Assembly (NCBI GenBank): GCA_012974445.1
Contig: JAAXQG010000299.1
Coordinates: 1 to 57,696, forward strand
Length of the DNA: 57,696 bases
Source: Desulfuromonadales bacterium
GTDB taxonomy: Bacteria > Desulfobacterota > Desulfuromonadia > Desulfuromonadales > JAAXQG01
Reading direction: 5' to 3'
This document shows positions 54,568-57,696 of this stretch, in pieces. The notes below the pieces were generated by a model. It worked only from the letters and a program-made list of their open reading frames with translations, was not told the origin of the DNA and did not search any database. A program made the position numbers and the translations under genes. Position 1 is the first letter of the stretch, and every line of letters begins with the position of its first letter.

Positions 54568-57081
54568 CTACGCCAGCAGCAGGCTTGCGGCCGCCAGCAG
54601 CAATCCCAGAATCTGGGCCACAGGAACCGGCTGCACTGTCTGCGCCCAGAGCTTCTTCAAACTGATCAGGGCGATCAGCAGCCCGGTGCCGGTCACAGCC
54701 AAGGGAAAAACCGCTCCTGAGAGCCGCAACAGCACCTCCGCCGTCGTCAGCACTTCGGGCGCAAGCAACCCGGGGCCCTGAAGCCGAAGCATCTCCTGAG
54801 CCGAGGCCATAGCCATATCACCATAGAAAACGCAGAAACCCGAAAAAACCAGTGGAACACAGGCGATGGCGAATCTTCGCCCCGCCAGTTTCTCCCGCCC
54901 CGAAACCAGCACAAAGAAACAGCAGATCAGCACAATGAACACCCCCAGCACCATGGCGATCTTCTGCTCCTGAAGCGCGACGCGCTCGCCCATCATCATG
55001 GCGGGAAGAAAGGCCAGCAGCGCCAGAACCAGATAGACTTCCCGACTCCTGAGATGACGCGGGGCCATCAGCCCCTGCCAGGGCAGACGCAGATCCAGAC
55101 GAATCGCCCGATGAGGGCAGGACCTGACGCACTCCAGACAGAGGATACACTGGCCACCATGGTCGGCCGCCGCGGGGTGAAGCTCCATGGGGCAATGGCC
55201 GTCCCGGACGCAGGCATCGGTGCGACACTGGCTCAGGCAGACACTGGGGGTACTGCGCAGCTTCAGAAGGCTCAGCTTGGTCATCTGCCCCAGAAAGCGC
55301 CCCAGAGGGCAGATAAATCGGCACCAGACTCGCTGGCCGTAGAGCTGATGGCAGATCAGCGCTCCGGCCAGCAGGGAGGTCAGGAGCATCCCCGTTGCCC
55401 GGGGCGCCTGCATCATCCCCGAGGCCTGCTCGATGAGCAGCAGGGCGAAGATCCCCAGCGAGGAAAGCAGCACCCCTTGGCTCCTGAGCAGCGCAGGAAG
55501 GGGCAGAAACCGCTTCCTCAACGCGGCACTCCAGCTCCCCAGGGTCATCAGCGGACAGAAGGAACACCAGATACGGGAGAAAAGCAGCACCAGTACCAGC
55601 AGCGAGGGCCACCAGAGGGTCCAGACCGCCGCATTGCCGGGATTGCCGCTCTCGGGCAGCCAGAAGCAGGCGGCCAGAATCAGCAAAAAAATAGGCGCAG
55701 ACAGGAACCTCAGAACTCCAGGCAGGGCCGTGGCCTTGATGCCCTGCTCCAGCCCCGGAAGCTCCATGAGATTGAAACGCCCCGCCGCTTCGGTGCGGCG
55801 CAGGTCCAGAGCCACATCCCCCTCTTCGACCTGCTCCCCATGGCACAGGGCAACGGCCCGATCCAGGGTCATCTGCAACTCCTGGCCGTTGAGAGGCCAG
55901 TCATAATCCACCAGCTTGTTCATCGCCCCCTGGGATATCTGACGCACCCCCTTGTGATGTTTGCGATTAAGGGGCCCCAGAAGACTGCGGGCGATCTCCG
56001 GAATGTCCTTGCGGCGCTCCCTCAGGCAACGCAGCTCCACCCTCTGTCCCGACAGCAGCCCGTAGAGCTCGAGGCTGAACCGCCCTTGATCCACCAGACT
56101 CCTCAGGTCGCTGTCGGTGGTGGCAATGATTCTCAGCTCAAGACTGCGGGCCTCGGACTCCCCAACCCTGAAAAACACCTTCTCTCTCAGTGCCTTGAGG
56201 AGCAATTCCTGAACCTGTGGATGAAGTTCCTCCACGTTCTCCAGGATGAGATCCCCACCGCTGGACAGCTCCAGATAACCCCGGGCACTCCCCCTGGCGT
56301 AGAGCAGATCATCAGGCTTGTGTCCGAACAAAGATGCCAGCTGCGAGCCCCCCCGGGGCCCCAGGGATGAGAGATTACCCGGGAGCAACCCACGCAATAC
56401 CGGCGGGGGTTCCAGGCAGTCCAAGTGAAAGATAGGGCGCAGGGCATTGCCGCAGTGCCGATGGATCAGACGGGCCACCAGCTCTTTCCAGGTCCCCGGT
56501 TCCCCGTAAATCAGAACCGGATCCCGTCCCGGCCCCAGGCTTCGCAGCCGCTCGTTGAGTTCCAGAGCCCAGGGGGTGCTGCCGGGGAAGGATTCGAATT
56601 CCGGCAGAATCTGCCAGGCCACCAGATTGGTGAGCATCTCCCGGGTCTCCTGCTCCCGGCGATCCATGCGCTGCGTCCAGTTTCCCAGCATCTCGGCCAG
56701 ATGAGTGGACAGACTGAGCCCGGCAGGGGTCTCGCGAATCAGCCAGAGAAAATCTTCCCCTGGCAGCCGCAGCGCTTCCAACTCCAGAGTGGCAAGCACA
56801 TCAGCCGTGCGCAGCTGCCGACACAGCAGTGCCCGCTCCCCCACCATCTCCCCGGCCCCAAAACGCGCCAGCGTCTGCCGCCGTCCGTCAAGCCCGGCAT
56901 GAACTACCTCCACTTCGCCCCGAAGAATCAGAAAGACCTCCTCGGGCACCTCACCGGTTCGAAGCAGAAGGTCCCCGGGAGCGAAGCGCACCGGGGTTGA
57001 GCGGTGCAGAACCTCCGCAGCCAGCTCGGGAGTAAGGGGCTCAAGGAGCCGGATCTGTTTCCATGCAAGGGATTGATTCAT
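54568..57081 (-). CDS. fusion protein: cNMP-binding domain + degenerate sigma54-activator-type AAA+ module (no HTH) + NapH/NosR-like polytopic 4Fe-4S membrane domain
   Basis: aa 1-125: cNMP fold (FLILRGEVEVV...FGAGEMVGERALL). aa 188-400: NtrC-type AAA+ with VLIYGEPGTWKE (canonical GESGTGKE), DLILENVEEL (canonical LFLDEIGEL), LFGH without GAFTGA, and RIIATTDSDL...LRERRKDIPEIA. aa 460-837: TM helices with CSFCP, CRFICP, CLSQCRTDACVRDGHCP and CILCLECVRSCP. Confidence 0.7.
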   Translation of the reverse strand: MNQSLAWKQIRLLEPLTPELAAEVLHRSTPVRFAPGDLLLRTGEVPEEVFLILRGEVEVVHAGLDGRRQTLARFGAGEMVGERALLCRQLRTADVLATLELEALRLPGEDFLWLIRETPAGLSLSTHLAEMLGNWTQRMDRREQETREMLTNLVAWQILPEFESFPGSTPWALELNERLRSLGPGRDPVLIYGEPGTWKELVARLIHRHCGNALRPIFHLDCLEPPPVLRGLLPGNLSSLGPRGGSQLASLFGHKPDDLLYARGSARGYLELSSGGDLILENVEELHPQVQELLLKALREKVFFRVGESEARSLELRIIATTDSDLRSLVDQGRFSLELYGLLSGQRVELRCLRERRKDIPEIARSLLGPLNRKHHKGVRQISQGAMNKLVDYDWPLNGQELQMTLDRAVALCHGEQVEEGDVALDLRRTEAAGRFNLMELPGLEQGIKATALPGVLRFLSAPIFLLILAACFWLPESGNPGNAAVWTLWWPSLLVLVLLFSRIWCSFCPLMTLGSWSAALRKRFLPLPALLRSQGVLLSSLGIFALLLIEQASGMMQAPRATGMLLTSLLAGALICHQLYGQRVWCRFICPLGRFLGQMTKLSLLKLRSTPSVCLSQCRTDACVRDGHCPMELHPAAADHGGQCILCLECVRSCPHRAIRLDLRLPWQGLMAPRHLRSREVYLVLALLAFLPAMMMGERVALQEQKIAMVLGVFIVLICCFFVLVSGREKLAGRRFAIACVPLVFSGFCVFYGDMAMASAQEMLRLQGPGLLAPEVLTTAEVLLRLSGAVFPLAVTGTGLLIALISLKKLWAQTVQPVPVAQILGLLLAAASLLLA

Positions 57082-57090
57082 GATGAAGGG

Positions 57091-57134
57091 CTCCGAAGAT
57101 GATTTCGCCTGATAAAAGCGATTGATCTTCGGAG
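57091..57134 (-). promoter_or_regulatory. 5'-leader hairpin sequestering the only Shine-Dalgarno-like element of the 837-aa gene
   Basis: Perfect 10-bp stem: minus-strand cuccgaagau (57134-57125) pairs with aucuucGGAG (57100-57091), with a 24-nt loop. The GGAG lies 9 nt upstream of the AUG at 57081. Confidence 0.4.
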
Positions 57135-57275
57135 CAAGATAAGGACCAGCCCGAAAAGGGGGGGAGAATCAAGGGCAACAGCGGGAGGGTCGGACAAAAT
57201 GAGGCACTGAGGCAGCTTCCCCCGGGACAGGAGGAAACATCGGACAGGGTCAAGACCGGGGCAGCGGCGGGAACG

Positions 57276-57696
57276 CTAGAGCTCTTTGTAATAGATCTGC
57301 CGTGATTCGGCCTGCGGATCGAAGCTATGCAGCGGAACCTGCACCGCCAGCATGCCGATGGAGGTCACCGCCAGCAGGGCCAGGAAAGCGACTCCCATGG
57401 CGATCCTTCTGCCCAAGGGGACGCTGTAGTAAGCAGCCTGTTTATGGTCTGACTTTTTGAAAGCGGAATAGACCTGAAAACTGCCCAGAATCAGGATCAG
57501 GGCGATAACGGGGGACCAGGTCAGGTAGAAGAGTCCCAGCGCGCCCAGCAGGCCCAGAATCCAGAGCTTGGGGCTGATCACCCCGATGATTCGCCCCCCA
57601 TCCAGGGGGGAGATGGGCAGCAGGTTAAAGAGGTTGAGCAGAAAACCGCTCGAGGCCAGGGCGTACCAGAAGAGATTGTCCGTGGCCAGCCCCACC
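57276..57696 (-). CDS. site-2 protease family (M50) membrane metalloprotease, C-terminal part (5' end off the window)
   Basis: LFNLLPISPLDGGRIIG motif and TM helices. The frame is open to the window edge. Confidence 0.75.
   Translation of the reverse strand, partial: VGLATDNLFWYALASSGFLLNLFNLLPISPLDGGRIIGVISPKLWILGLLGALGLFYLTWSPVIALILILGSFQVYSAFKKSDHKQAAYYSVPLGRRIAMGVAFLALLAVTSIGMLAVQVPLHSFDPQAESRQIYYKEL

Noticed and set aside
54818-56370. Long alternative ORFs overlapping the 837-aa gene (55054..56370 on +, 438 aa; 54818..55846 on -, 342 aa)
   Set aside because: Their composition is Pro/Arg/Gly/Gln-rich with no motifs. The 837-aa frame contains coherent cNMP, AAA+ and Fe-S motifs across the same DNA.
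1-57696. Searched for CRISPR arrays, tRNA/rRNA genes, transposases, integrases, phage or defence-island genes
   Set aside because: None were seen: no regularly spaced repeats, no tRNA-like T-arm sequences in the intergenic regions, and no recombinase-like ORFs. The window is core-genome-like.

Overview
GC-rich bacterial chromosome segment with 57 protein-coding genes called here, most of them on the minus strand. Gene content and synteny (hfq-miaA-mutL; gmk-rpoZ-rel; pyrK-pyrD type 1B; PxxKW and YkgJ Cys-rich proteins) suggest a Desulfuromonadales/Geobacter-like deltaproteobacterium; this is a low-confidence inference. I saw no rRNA, tRNA, CRISPR array, transposase, integrase or obvious defence island, so this is mostly core genome. 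Left third: a beta-oxidation operon (fadD-like, fadB-like, thiolase, acyl-CoA dehydrogenase), preceded on the same strand by a lipid-capture cluster of a VolA-like lipoprotein lipase, DUF1302, DUF1329, a Ycf48-like BNR propeller and an RND/MMPL pump. Then comes an ORF-free, G-depleted gap of about 1 kb. Middle: housekeeping genes (deaD, yaeQ, phosphohexomutase, lrgAB, hfq-miaA-mutL, rluB, M50 protease, DHH-CBS-CCA enzyme, pyrKD, rimI, purMN, rpmB, ridA, rel, rpoZ, gmk, yicC, ugd). Right third: a translationally coupled 7-gene operon (two Zn-ADHs, cupin, MazG-like, O-methyltransferase, MaoC, arfB). It is followed by an orphan solute-binding protein and an unusual 837-aa fusion of a cNMP-binding domain, a degenerate sigma54-type AAA+ module and a NapH-like membrane polyferredoxin. 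The most notable items are the lipase/DUF1302/DUF1329/propeller/RND module chained to beta-oxidation, the 837-aa fusion with its Shine-Dalgarno-sequestering leader hairpin, the 1-kb non-coding gap, and two long structured inverted-repeat elements in intergenic regions. An edge-truncated MBL-hydrolase gene (1..677, minus strand) is missing from the supplied ORF track. Several track ORFs begin at GTG/TTG extensions, and I trimmed these to ATG starts with ribosome-binding sites. All family assignments come from motif recognition by eye and need HMM or BLAST confirmation.
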